Assembly (NCBI GenBank): GCA_963825685.1
Contig: CAWGUD010000034.1
Coordinates: 2,101-66,100 of the forward strand
Direction: 5' to 3'
DNA: 64,000 nucleotides
Source: an uncultured Actinomycetes bacterium
GTDB lineage: Bacteria; Actinomycetota; UBA4738; HRBIN12
Shown here: one piece after another, positions 38,557 through 47,664 of the stretch
Position numbering within the stretch: position 1 is the first letter of the stretch
How the letters are laid out: each line of letters begins with the position of its first letter
Made by a program: the position numbers and the translations under genes
The notes under the pieces: model-generated
Told to the model about the DNA's origin: nothing
Seen by the model: the letters and a program-made list of their open reading frames with translations, nothing else
Databases searched by the model: none

Positions 38557-38742
38557 CTAACGCGAGCCGGATCGGCTCCCACGGAAGATTCGCCGATACC
38601 AGGGAAGGGTGCCCGCGTGCGCTTCCGCGTCCTCCTTGGCTCGGCGCTGAGCGACCTTCTGGTCCAGATCCATGAAGTCGCTCTCGTTCGGCACGATCTT
38701 CGATCCGGGGCGGCCCGGGTAGTCGGCCGGTGTCCTCTCCAT
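38557..38742 (-). CDS. Hypothetical small protein (61 aa)
   Basis: The only ORF in the 38.05-38.9 kb gap with a strong SD (AGGAAAGAGGA 6-7 nt before ATG 38742-38740). No similarity recognised. May be a remnant. Confidence 0.3.
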   Translation of the reverse strand: MERTPADYPGRPGSKIVPNESDFMDLDQKVAQRRAKEDAEAHAGTLPWYRRIFRGSRSGSR

Positions 38743-38907
38743 GGTCGTCCTCTTTCCTGGCGAGGCTGCGTCCCGTCCAGTATGGGCCGTAGCCGCCATG
38801 GGGAGAACCATCGGCCGAGAGGACGGCGCAAGCGAGCCACCACGACGTTGACCGCGGCCTCGGTCGCTGTCTGTGGCCCTGTCGAGCGGCGCTGCTAGGT
38901 TGGTCGC

Positions 38908-39444
38908 ATGAGCGACGATCCGACCGCCACCGAGCCGAGTCCTGAATCCCCCGTGGTCGAGGCCGTGCCCGTCGAGGAAGAGGGCCAAGCCGACACATCG
39001 TCCGCCGAGGCGGACCTCCCGGCGGAGACGATCGCCGAGCCCGCCAAGCTGCTGCGCATCGCGAGCATGGTGCGTGAGCTCCTCGACGAGACGAGGCAGG
39101 CCTCCCTCGACGAGGCCGGTCGCTCACGCCTCGCCGAGATCTACCAACGGGCCGTCGGCGAGCTCAGGGAGGTGCTCTCCCCCGACCTGCAGGAGGAGCT
39201 CGCCGACCTCGCGCCCCCGCTCGCCGGGGTGCCCACCGAGTCCGAGATCCGCGTGGCCCAGGCACAGCTCGTGGGCTGGCTCGAGGGGCTGTTCCACGGC
39301 ATCCAGGCGGCGATGTTCGCCCAGCAGGCGGCCGCTCGCCAGCAGTTCGAGGAGCTCCGGCGTCGTGGTCTGCTGAGCCAGAACCCGCAGTCGCCCGACG
39401 GTCCGCCCGAGGGTCCGGCCGCGCGCGGCGGCCAGTACCTCTAG
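38908..39444 (+). CDS. bpa: Bacterial proteasome activator (Bpa/PafE family)
   Basis: 178 aa with an acidic disordered N-terminus, helical core, and the diagnostic C-terminal GQYL proteasome-docking motif. Confidence 0.85.
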   Translation: MSDDPTATEPSPESPVVEAVPVEEEGQADTSSAEADLPAETIAEPAKLLRIASMVRELLDETRQASLDEAGRSRLAEIYQRAVGELREVLSPDLQEELADLAPPLAGVPTESEIRVAQAQLVGWLEGLFHGIQAAMFAQQAAARQQFEELRRRGLLSQNPQSPDGPPEGPAARGGQYL

Positions 39445-39470
39445 CTACGCACGGACCAGCTGCGCGACCG

Positions 39471-40322
39471 TCACACGGCGTCGCTCGCCGAGGCATCCGC
39501 CTTGATCGGGCGCCGCGACCCCGCGACGTCCTCAGATCCGCCGCTCAGGCGTTGGGCGAGGTACACCGGGAACAGGGACAGCAACATCACGAGCGCCGCG
39601 ACGGCGTTGGCCTCGGGGCGGTTCCTGGGAAGCCTGATCGCGTTGAAGATCCACTTCGGAAGGGTCAACTCGGATCCCGAGGTGAAGTTGGTGACGATGA
39701 TCTCGTCGAACGAGAGGGCGAAGGCGAGCAGCCCGCCTGCGATGAGCGCCGTGCCGATCGCCGGCAGCGTGACGTGGCGGAAGGTCTGCCACCCGTCGGC
39801 ACCGAGATCCATCGATGCTTCCACGAGCGACGTTGGGGTTCGGCGCAGTCGCGCTACCACGTTGTTGAACACGACGACGATGCAGAACGTCGAGTGCCCG
39901 ATCATGATCGTCCACAGGCTGAACGGGATCTCGAACGTGTTGATGCCCGTGCGCAATGCCATGCCCGTGATGATGCCGGGCAAGGCGATCGGCAGGACCA
40001 GGAGGAATGACACCGCCTGACGGCCGAAGAACGCGAAGCGGTGCACGGCGAACGACGCCGCGCTGCCGAGCACCAGCGCGATCGCGGTCGCGACCGAGGC
40101 GACCTTCACGGAGTTCCACAACGCCGAGCGCATCGCCTCGTCGCCCAAGGCCAGCTCGAACCACTTCGTCGTGAACCCCTGCGGCGGCCATGCCTGAGCC
40201 ACGCTGTCGTTGAACGCATAGATCACCACCACCGCGAGCGGCACGTACAGGAACACGATCGTGACCACCGTGCCGAACAGCACGGCGACCTTCGTGCCTC
40301 GGGTCTCGACCGACCACGCCAT
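39471..40322 (-). CDS. ABC transporter permease (PotC-like)
   Basis: 283 aa with 6 TM helices and an EAA loop (LVEASMDLGADGWQTFRHVTLPAI). Confidence 0.85.
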   Translation of the reverse strand: MAWSVETRGTKVAVLFGTVVTIVFLYVPLAVVVIYAFNDSVAQAWPPQGFTTKWFELALGDEAMRSALWNSVKVASVATAIALVLGSAASFAVHRFAFFGRQAVSFLLVLPIALPGIITGMALRTGINTFEIPFSLWTIMIGHSTFCIVVVFNNVVARLRRTPTSLVEASMDLGADGWQTFRHVTLPAIGTALIAGGLLAFALSFDEIIVTNFTSGSELTLPKWIFNAIRLPRNRPEANAVAALVMLLSLFPVYLAQRLSGGSEDVAGSRRPIKADASASDAV

Positions 40323-41222
40323 CTAGAGTGCCTCGAACGCGCCGAGCTTCCGCGCGACGGCCAGATACACGGCCATGATCGCGATCGGCACCATCGCGAA
40401 CGCCGCGGCGAACGGGAGGTTGTTCGCGACACCGACGCTGTCGTAGATCACGTTGCCGATGAACTTCGTGTTGCCGACGAGGATCGGCGCGATGTAGTCG
40501 CCCAGCGTCAGCGAGAACGAGAAGATCGAGCCGGCCACGATGCCCGGCAGGGCCAGTGGCCAGACCACCTTCCGCAGGGTCGTCCAGCCCTTCGCACCGA
40601 GGTCGCCGGACGCCTCGAGGTACGACTCCGGCACTCGCTCGAGCGCGGCGTACACGGGCAGCACGACGAACGGCAGCCATAGATATGTGAACGTCAGCCA
40701 GATCGACCACAGGGAGTTGCCGATGCCCGGTGACGGAAGGCCGAGGGCGTCGAGGAGGGACTCGAGGAGACCGTTCGGCGATGTGATCGTTTGCCAGGCG
40801 AAGGCACGGATCAGATAGCTCGTCCACAGGGGCATCACCACCGCGACCAACAGTGCTGATCGCATCCTCGGCGAAGCGATGCGAGCGGCGAAGTAGCCGA
40901 CCGGCAAGGCCAGGAGGATGTCCGTCACCGTCACCGCTGATGCCATCCAGACGGTCCGCAAGGTGATCGTCCGATAGACCGGCGAGGACCAGAGCGTTTG
41001 GAAATTCTGGAGGCTCCAATCCTTGACGATCTGGGCGGTGAGGGAATCGACGGTCCAGAACGCGTTGATCAACAGGAGGACGAGCGCCCCCAGATAGAAC
41101 ACCAACAACCACCCGAGGGGCGGGAGCAGGGTCAGGGTGAGCCTCGTCTTCGGACGGCGATGCAACGTCGCTCCGAGCCGATGCCCGGATGACGAACGGG
41201 TCGTGTTGACGTCAACCATCAC
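40323..41222 (-). CDS. ABC transporter permease (PotB-like)
   Basis: 299 aa; YLEASGDLGAKGWTTLRKVVWPLALPG EAA loop. Abuts the downstream permease. Confidence 0.85.
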   Translation of the reverse strand: MMVDVNTTRSSSGHRLGATLHRRPKTRLTLTLLPPLGWLLVFYLGALVLLLINAFWTVDSLTAQIVKDWSLQNFQTLWSSPVYRTITLRTVWMASAVTVTDILLALPVGYFAARIASPRMRSALLVAVVMPLWTSYLIRAFAWQTITSPNGLLESLLDALGLPSPGIGNSLWSIWLTFTYLWLPFVVLPVYAALERVPESYLEASGDLGAKGWTTLRKVVWPLALPGIVAGSIFSFSLTLGDYIAPILVGNTKFIGNVIYDSVGVANNLPFAAAFAMVPIAIMAVYLAVARKLGAFEAL

Positions 41223-41273
41223 ACGTGGCGAGGGCCGGGCGCCCCCACGGACGCCCGGCCTTCGTCGACAGTT

Positions 41274-42549
41274 CTACGACCCCCTGATCTCCGTCCACTT
41301 CTGCGACCAGACCGAGTAGTCCTCGCAGACGGCGCCTCGGTCGTCACCGCAATCGGTCACAGGTGTCTTCCACAGCGCGAGCGAGTCCAGGAATGCCGCA
41401 TCGCCGCAGTACCCGTACCGAACCGTGTTGACGAGCTCGGCGGACCCCTTGCCGTAGGCCTTGTCGAGCCGCTTCTCGAGGATGGGGCACGAATCGACGT
41501 TGCTCCCGGCAGCGCCGTAGTAGTCGGCGACCTCGGCCTGGACGTCGGGCGTCATCGCCCACTTCATCCACTCGAGCATGCAGTTCGGGTGCGGTGCCTC
41601 CGACGACAGCATCCACGTGTCGGCCCATCCGGTCATGCCCTCGGTAGGCTCGGCCGGGGCAACCGGCGCGTCGATTTCCGCATAGCTGAGGTTGACCGGC
41701 CATGCTGTGCCGGCGACCATACTGCCGTCGACGAAGCCATCGATCTCCGTGGTGTAGGCAGCCCAGTACTTGTCGATCATGGTGCTCTGCCCCTTCAGCA
41801 GCTCGACCGCAGCATTCAGCTGCTCCTCGGTGAGCTCGTACGGATCGGTGATACCGAGGTCGGGCTGGTGGGTCTGAAGGTAGAGGGCAGCGTCGGCGAT
41901 GTAGATCGGGAAGTCGTAGGCCGTGATGCTGCCCGAGTACGGATTGGGCTTCCCGTTGAGCTCGGTCTCGAAGACGACATCCCAGCTCGTGGGAGCCGGC
42001 TTCACCTCCTCGGTGTTGTACATGAGGAAGTTCGGCCCATACATGTACGGGGTGCCGTACACGGTGCCATCGACGACGTAGTGGCTGTTGTTCGTGCCCG
42101 TCTCGGGCTGGAGCGGATCGATCACGCTGGCGAAGTCGGGGAACAGCGTCGGGTCGACCGCCGAGACGTGCGCCCGATGCGATCAGGCGGTTCGAGGAGT
42201 CCCCGGACGCCGAAACACCGTCGTAGGATCCCGCCTGCTGCGTCATCAGATTGAACATCTCGTCAGAGCTGTCCGCGTACTTCACCGAGACCTGGCAGCC
42301 CGTGTCTTCCTCGAACGGCGTGACCCAGTCGTAGCTCTCGTAGCCTTCGGTGGTGCCGTCCTCGGTGTAACCGACCCACGCGATCAGGTTGAGTTCGCCT
42401 TCGGTCTCGCCGATCGTGTCGATGACCGCAGGGCCCTCGCTGGCGGAGGCACCCGTGTCGCCGGTATCGCCACCATCGTCGCTGCCACATGCGGCAGCGA
42501 CCAGCACCACGGCCCACAACGCAGCCAACAATCGGACATGCTTCCTCAT
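41274..42549 (-). CDS. ABC transporter substrate-binding lipoprotein (polyamine/PotD-like); frameshifted as assembled near 42171
   Basis: N-terminus [25 protein letters not shown] (lipobox). The C-terminal piece is ORF 41274..42125. Junction reads NRLIASG/HVSAVDPTLFPDFASVIDPLQPE. Length is 3n+1. Confidence 0.8.
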
Positions 42550-43666
42550 GCCTGCCCCTCCTCCTGTTCCGATGACCCCCCCACCGCACCGGTCGAAGCC
42601 TCGACCGGCCGGTTGTTGCTGCGGTTCCACACCAGGCGGACGGCCTTGCCGCGCACCTGCAGCGCCTCCATCGACGATGTCGAGAGATTCTGTTGCATCA
42701 CCACGAGGGAGCTTCCCACGTCGAGCTCGACGATGTAGCGGGTGACCGCACCCAGGTATACGACCTTCGCGCACGTGTCCGGTTGCCGTGCAGTCGTCTC
42801 GGCTGACCACCTCACGCCGGATCGCTGAGTGCGATCTTCTCGGGCCGGATCGTGAAGGCGTGCGGGTAGCCCACGACCGCCGCGGCAACGTCGCCCTCGA
42901 GCACGTTGGAAACGCCGACGAACCCGGCCACGAACCCGGTGGCCGGACGCTCGTAGACCTCGGCGGGCGTGCCGATCTGTTCGACACGGCCGTGGTTGAA
43001 GACCGCGAGGCGGTCGCTCATCGTGAGCGCCTCGTCCTGATCGTGGGTGACGTAGATGAAGGTCAGCCCCACGTCCTGCTGGATCTCCTTGAGCTCGATC
43101 TGCATCTGCTGGCGGAGCTTCAGGTCGAGCGCTCCGAGCGGTTCGTCGAGCAGCAGCACGCGCGGCCGCATCACGAGCGCCCTGGCGAGCGCCACGCGCT
43201 GGCGTTGTCCCCCCGACAGCTGGGCGGGCTTGCGGGCCCCGAACCCGGTGAGCCGCACCATCTCGAGCGCCTCCTCGGCCCGAGCGGCTCGCTCGGACTT
43301 CGGCGCCTTGCGCACCATGAGCCCGTAGCCCACGTTCTCCGCAACGGTCATGTGCGGGAAGAGGGCGTAGTCCTGGAAGACGGTGTTGACGTCGCGTTCG
43401 TACGGCGGCATCTCGCCGACATCGACGCCGCCGAGCAGCACGCGACCGGCGGTCGGGCGTTCGAATCCGGCGATCATGCGCAGGCATGTGGTCTTGCCCG
43501 ACCCCGATGGGCCGAGCATCGAGAAGAACTCGCCCTCGCGCACATCGAGGTCGACCCCGTCGACCGCCACGACGTCGCCGAAACGCTTGACGACACCCTC
43601 GAGCCGCACCGCGACGTCGCGGGTGCCCGCCTCCACCCCGCGCGCGGCCACGGCCGCGTCGCTCAC
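42546..43666 (-). CDS. ABC transporter ATP-binding protein (PotA-like); frameshifted as assembled near 42815-42830
   Basis: GTG 43666 preceded by GGAGGGG. Walker [25 protein letters not shown] and [11 protein letters not shown]. The TOBE-like tail ([18 protein letters not shown]...) is in another frame and ends in an ATGA overlap with the SBP gene. Confidence 0.85.
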
Positions 43667-43719
43667 TGACACCCCTCCAACGTGAACCCCCTCCGGAACC
43701 CGCACATCTTGACCGCGGA

Positions 43720-44739
43720 TCAGCGACGCCGCAACAGCGACCGATGCCGGGTGAGCCCCGACGTGAGCCGGCCGAGCACTCCGGGACCCTCGTAGATCAG
43801 CGCGCTGTAGATCTGCACGGTCGTGGCGCCCGCCTCGAGGCACGTGTCGACGTCCTCGGCCGACGCGATGCCGCCGCACGCGTTGATCGCGACCTCGTCG
43901 CCGACCGCCGCACGCACAGCGCCGACGATACGCGGCGTGTATGGCCAGAGGGCGCGCCCCGAGACCCCGCCGCGGCCCACCGCGAGCCGCTCGTCCTCGA
44001 CGAGCCGCGTGTTCGAGCAGGTGAGCCCGTCGGCCCCGGCGTCGCGCGCGATCGTCGCGAGCGACAGGACGACGTCTCGCTCGACGTCGGTGACGAACGG
44101 GGGCAGCTTCACGAACAGGGGCTTGGACGTCCGGACGCGGAAGGCCTCGACCAGCGCGCGCAGGTGCGCCTCGTTGTCGCCGTCGCGACCCCAGGAGACG
44201 TTCGGACAGCTCGCGTTGAGCTCGACCCCGTCGACGAGCGGCTCCAGGAGCTCGAACGACGAGGTGGCGTCCGCGACGTCCTCGTCGGCCAGGCTGACGA
44301 AGCGGGGAGCCGGTCCGCGCTCACGGTGGCGCAGGGTGGCGGCGACCGCCTCGGCGCCGGGGTTCGGGAGCCCCATCGCGTTGACGATGGAACGGCGCCG
44401 CATCGACCGCACGATCCGCGGGGATGGATTGCCGGCGCGCGCCGCTCGGGTGACCGTGCCGCCGACCACGTACCCGAACCCGAGCTCGCCGAGTGCGTCG
44501 AGATGACGACAGGTCTTGTCGAACCCGGCGGCCAACCCGATCGGGTTGCGGAGCGGCACCCCACAGAGCTCGATCTCGAGCGACGGGTCGCTCGCGACCC
44601 CGCCGATCCGCTGCCACGGGAGCGGCAGTCCGAGCAACGCGGTCGCGAACCGGTGTGAGGCTTCAGGAGGCAATGCGAAGAAGAGCGGACGGCCGATCGC
44701 CGGATACCACCCTGCGCCACGCGTCGCCATCGGCCCCAT
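43720..44739 (-). CDS. pyrD: Dihydroorotate dehydrogenase
   Basis: C-terminal 340 aa of track ORF 43720..46842; [28 protein letters not shown] and GGVSG motifs. Start options at 44742, 44739 and 44730. Confidence 0.85.
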   Translation of the reverse strand: MGPMATRGAGWYPAIGRPLFFALPPEASHRFATALLGLPLPWQRIGGVASDPSLEIELCGVPLRNPIGLAAGFDKTCRHLDALGELGFGYVVGGTVTRAARAGNPSPRIVRSMRRRSIVNAMGLPNPGAEAVAATLRHRERGPAPRFVSLADEDVADATSSFELLEPLVDGVELNASCPNVSWGRDGDNEAHLRALVEAFRVRTSKPLFVKLPPFVTDVERDVVLSLATIARDAGADGLTCSNTRLVEDERLAVGRGGVSGRALWPYTPRIVGAVRAAVGDEVAINACGGIASAEDVDTCLEAGATTVQIYSALIYEGPGVLGRLTSGLTRHRSLLRRR

Positions 44740-44748
44740 CATGCCATC

Positions 44749-45297
44749 ATGCCCGCCATGTCCGACGACGTGGTGGCGCGCCTGGTCGAGGCGTCGGAGC
44801 TCCACGGCGACTTCGTCCTGTCCTCCGGCGCGCGCTCGACCGTCTACTTCGACAAGTTCCTGTTCCTGACCCGCCCCGACCTGCTCAGCGAGCTCGCCCA
44901 CGAGGTCGCCACCCTGGTGCCGGAGGGCGCCGACCACCTGGCCGCCCCCGAGGGAGCCGCCACGCTGCTCGTGGCCGCCGTCTCGCTCGAGACCGGATTG
45001 CCGGTCGCCGTCGTCCGCAAGGAGCCGAAGACGTACGGCACGATGTCGCAGGTCGAGGGACACGCACCCGAGGGTGCCCGCGTCTGCCTGATCGAGGACG
45101 TGAGCACGACCGGTCACCAGGTGCGCCGGGCGGCCGAGGTGCTCACAGGCGTCGGTGTCTCGATCGAGCGCATCGTGCTCGCGATCGACCGAGGCGGCGC
45201 CGAGCACCTGCGGGAGGCGGGCTACGACGTCGCGGCGGTCGCCGTGCTCCGCCCCGAGGAACCCTCGCCACAGGGCGGCGACGGGGCCGCCGGCTAG
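44749..45297 (+). CDS. pyrE: Orotate phosphoribosyltransferase
   Basis: 182 aa; FVLSSGARSTVYFDK and PRPP-binding VCLIEDVSTTGHQ. Confidence 0.9.
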   Translation: MPAMSDDVVARLVEASELHGDFVLSSGARSTVYFDKFLFLTRPDLLSELAHEVATLVPEGADHLAAPEGAATLLVAAVSLETGLPVAVVRKEPKTYGTMSQVEGHAPEGARVCLIEDVSTTGHQVRRAAEVLTGVGVSIERIVLAIDRGGAEHLREAGYDVAAVAVLRPEEPSPQGGDGAAG

Positions 45298-46199
45298 CCC
45301 GGCGCCGTGCCGGCGGCGGCCATCGCCGCGTCCTCGCGGGACTCGAGCCGGCGTTGTGCCTCGTCGTCGTGGCGCTTCCACGATGCCGCCACGAGCAGCA
45401 TCGCCGCGACGAGCGCAAGGTTGCCCGCCAGCCACATCAGGACGGCCGCGTTCCGCTGGTCGGCGAGCGCCTGCGGACCCCACGGCGACGGGAGCGACGC
45501 GTACGTCCGATACAGGGGGGCGTCGGCCGTGTAGATGACCAGGGCGAGGAACGACATCGCGGGCATCGCCAGCAGCAGCGACAGCAGGCGCGCCCCGTAC
45601 CCGACGGGGTGCGGGCTCGGATCGACGCCGACGATCGGCCACCAGTAGACGAGTGCGGCACCGACCCATGCCGCGTGCTCGAGCGCGTGCCAACCCGACG
45701 AGGTGAGCGCCACGTCGAAGAGGCGGCTCGCATGGACGGCGATCGGCACGCCGACGAACAGCGCCCAGCCGACGACCGGGTTGCCCAGCACGCGCGCCCC
45801 GCGCGAGCGGAGCACCCCTGCGAGCGATCGGGCCCCGCGGATGGGCAGCGTGGCGAGCGCGAGCGTGATCGGCGCCCCGAGCGCGAGCAGGGGCGGCGCC
45901 ACGAACGTGAGCAGCAGATGCTGCAGCATGTGCACGGTGAACGAGACGTCCGCGTACACGTCGATCGGGGACACCAAGGCCAGCACGAGCGCGACCCAAC
46001 CGGTCGCGAACGCGATCGGCCGGCGCGCCGGGAACGAGCGTCCGAGCCTGCGGGCACGAACGCAGCCGGCGAGGTAGGCCGAACCGACGCCGAGGAGGAT
46101 CGCGACCGTCACCGGATCGAGGGCCCATCGGCCCAGCGCTCCCCACCCGTCGACCGGCACGGTCGCCACAGCCATCATCGTCACATCGTGCCAGCCCAT
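45294..46199 (-). CDS. ctaG: Cytochrome c oxidase assembly factor CtaG (caa3-type, polytopic membrane protein)
   Basis: About 300 aa of multi-TM sequence (HMLQHLLLTFVAPPLLALGAP...WPIVGVDPSP...). Divergent from ctaE. Start chosen at MGWHDV (46199) and is uncertain. Confidence 0.7.
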   Translation of the reverse strand: MGWHDVTMMAVATVPVDGWGALGRWALDPVTVAILLGVGSAYLAGCVRARRLGRSFPARRPIAFATGWVALVLALVSPIDVYADVSFTVHMLQHLLLTFVAPPLLALGAPITLALATLPIRGARSLAGVLRSRGARVLGNPVVGWALFVGVPIAVHASRLFDVALTSSGWHALEHAAWVGAALVYWWPIVGVDPSPHPVGYGARLLSLLLAMPAMSFLALVIYTADAPLYRTYASLPSPWGPQALADQRNAAVLMWLAGNLALVAAMLLVAASWKRHDDEAQRRLESREDAAMAAAGTAPG

Positions 46200-46278
46200 C
46201 GTCGTCGACGCACCGTCGACGGGCGCCTGCTCGTTGCCCGGGACGCGACGCCGTGAGCAGGCGCATCTCCCGACCGCG

Positions 46279-46307
46279 TTGACCGACCCCCGCCGGACCG
46301 ATACAAC
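46279..46307 (+). promoter_or_regulatory. Candidate sigmaA-type promoter of the ctaE-qcr-cta operon
   Basis: TTGACC (46279-46284), 17-nt spacer, TACAAC (46302-46307). The -10 ends 10 nt before the ctaE ATG at 46318. Confidence 0.4.
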
Positions 46308-46317
46308 TGGTGCGCAC

Positions 46318-46896
46318 ATGGCTCAGGTGTCGACGTCCGCCGCGCACCACCGATCCGGTGCGCCCACCATCCTGTTCGGGACGATCCTGTTCCTCGCATC
46401 GGAGCTGTTGTTCTTCGGCGGCCTGTTCGGCGCCTACTACGCCCTGCGGGCGCAGACCTCGCCATGGCCGCCCGAGGGGGTGGAGCTCGAGACCCTCCTG
46501 GCCGCGGTCGCCACCGTGCTGCTGGTGCTGTCGAGCGGCACGTTCCACCTCGGGCTCGTGGCCGCCAGGCGGGAGCGGATCGGCGGTCTGAAGGTCTGGG
46601 TCGGGGTCACGTTGCTGCTGGGGGCGCTCTTCCTCTCGCTCCAGGTGCTCGACTACTCGCGGCTGTCGTTCGAGGTCTCGAGCCACGCCTACGGCACGAT
46701 GTACTACGCGATGACCGGGCTCCACTGGCTGCATGTGGCGGCCGGGCTCGTGCTGATGTGCGTCGTGTTCGGCCGGATCGCGCAGGGCGCCTATCGCGAC
46801 GGGCAGATCGACGGCCTGCACGCCGTCGGCTACTACTGGCACTTCGTCGACATCGTGTGGATCGGCTTGTTCGCGACCCTGTTCCTGGTGCGCTGA
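46318..46896 (+). CDS. ctaE: Cytochrome c oxidase subunit III
   Basis: Starts MAQVSTSAAHH, 192 aa with 5 TM helices. Contains ...HAYGTMYYAMTGLHWLHV...YWHFVDIVW. Confidence 0.9.
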   Translation: MAQVSTSAAHHRSGAPTILFGTILFLASELLFFGGLFGAYYALRAQTSPWPPEGVELETLLAAVATVLLVLSSGTFHLGLVAARRERIGGLKVWVGVTLLLGALFLSLQVLDYSRLSFEVSSHAYGTMYYAMTGLHWLHVAAGLVLMCVVFGRIAQGAYRDGQIDGLHAVGYYWHFVDIVWIGLFATLFLVR

Positions 46897-46897
46897 G

Positions 46898-47664
46898 GTG
46901 GGCGCGACCGTGCAGGCCGAAGCCCGACTGCTCTCGAGGGTCCTCCGCGTCGGCCTGGCGCTCGCCGTGCTCGGGCAGATCGCGTGGTCGTTCCGACCGG
47001 AGCCCTCGAGCGCCCAGGCCGACCTCGAGGTCGAGGGACGGGCGCTCTACGAGGCCAACTGCTCCACGTGCCACGCCCTCGATGCCACCGGCACCGTCAA
47101 CGGTCCCTCGCTGCAGGACGTGGGCCCTGCGTCGGTCGACTTCCATGCTGCGCACGGGGCAGGATGCCGCTCGCGAACCCGAACGATCAGCCCCAGCGCA
47201 GCGAGCCGAAGTTCACGCCGGACCAGATCGACGCGTTGATCGCCTACGTCGCTTCGATCGCACCGGGCGGGGAACCGATCCCCACCGTCGACGCGTCCGC
47301 CGGCGACCTCGCGCTCGGCGCCCAGGTCTTCCTGAACAACTGCGCCGGGTGTCACGGGGCCGGGGCCTCGGGCGATTCCGTCGGCGGCGGACAGATCGCC
47401 CCGTCGCTCTACCCCGCCGACGCCACCGAGATCGGCGAGGCGGTCCGGGTCGGCCCGGGCGTGATGCCGAGGTTCGGACCCGAGACGATCGATCAGCAGG
47501 AGCTCGATTCGCTCGCCGCCTACCTGCTCTGGCTCCGCGACAACGGCAACGAGGGCGGCCTGCCGCTCGGCCGCGTCGGGGCGGTCGCCGAGGGCCTCGT
47601 CGCCGTCGTCGTCGGCCTCGGCATCCTCGTCCTCGTGCTGCGACTCACCGGAGCCAAGCGATGA
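46898..47664 (+). CDS. qcrC: Cytochrome bc1 complex dihaem cytochrome c subunit; frameshifted as assembled at about 47144-47161
   Basis: GTG 46898. Haem motifs CSTCH and CAGCH, and a C-terminal TM anchor. The N-terminal piece is ORF 46898..47239 and the remainder is ORF 46984..47664. Length is 3n+2. Confidence 0.85.

Noticed and set aside
38368-38600. A GGGGCTGCTGA... start and a short ORF ending ...LHRA-stop, considered as a possible tmRNA. AGGAAAGAGGAC on the reverse strand was considered as an RNase P-like box.
   Set aside because: There is no tRNA-like acceptor/T-arm (no GGTTCGAATCC...CCA 3' end) and no ALAA-type tag. It does not match the RNase P GAGGAAAGUCCGG core or P4 context.
45292-45299. 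Convergent genes share overlapping stop codons within GCTAGC, at pyrE/ctaG here and again at MSOX/MarR (55203-55210).
   Set aside because: This is a real observation, but two occurrences of a palindromic TAG/CTA overlap are most simply coincidence in a compact genome. No hairpin or further conserved context is visible.
43720-46842. A 1040-aa minus-strand ORF spanning pyrD, pyrE, ctaG and ctaE.
   Set aside because: Only the last 340 aa (pyrD) look like real protein. The rest is antisense or out of frame to pyrE, ctaG and ctaE.
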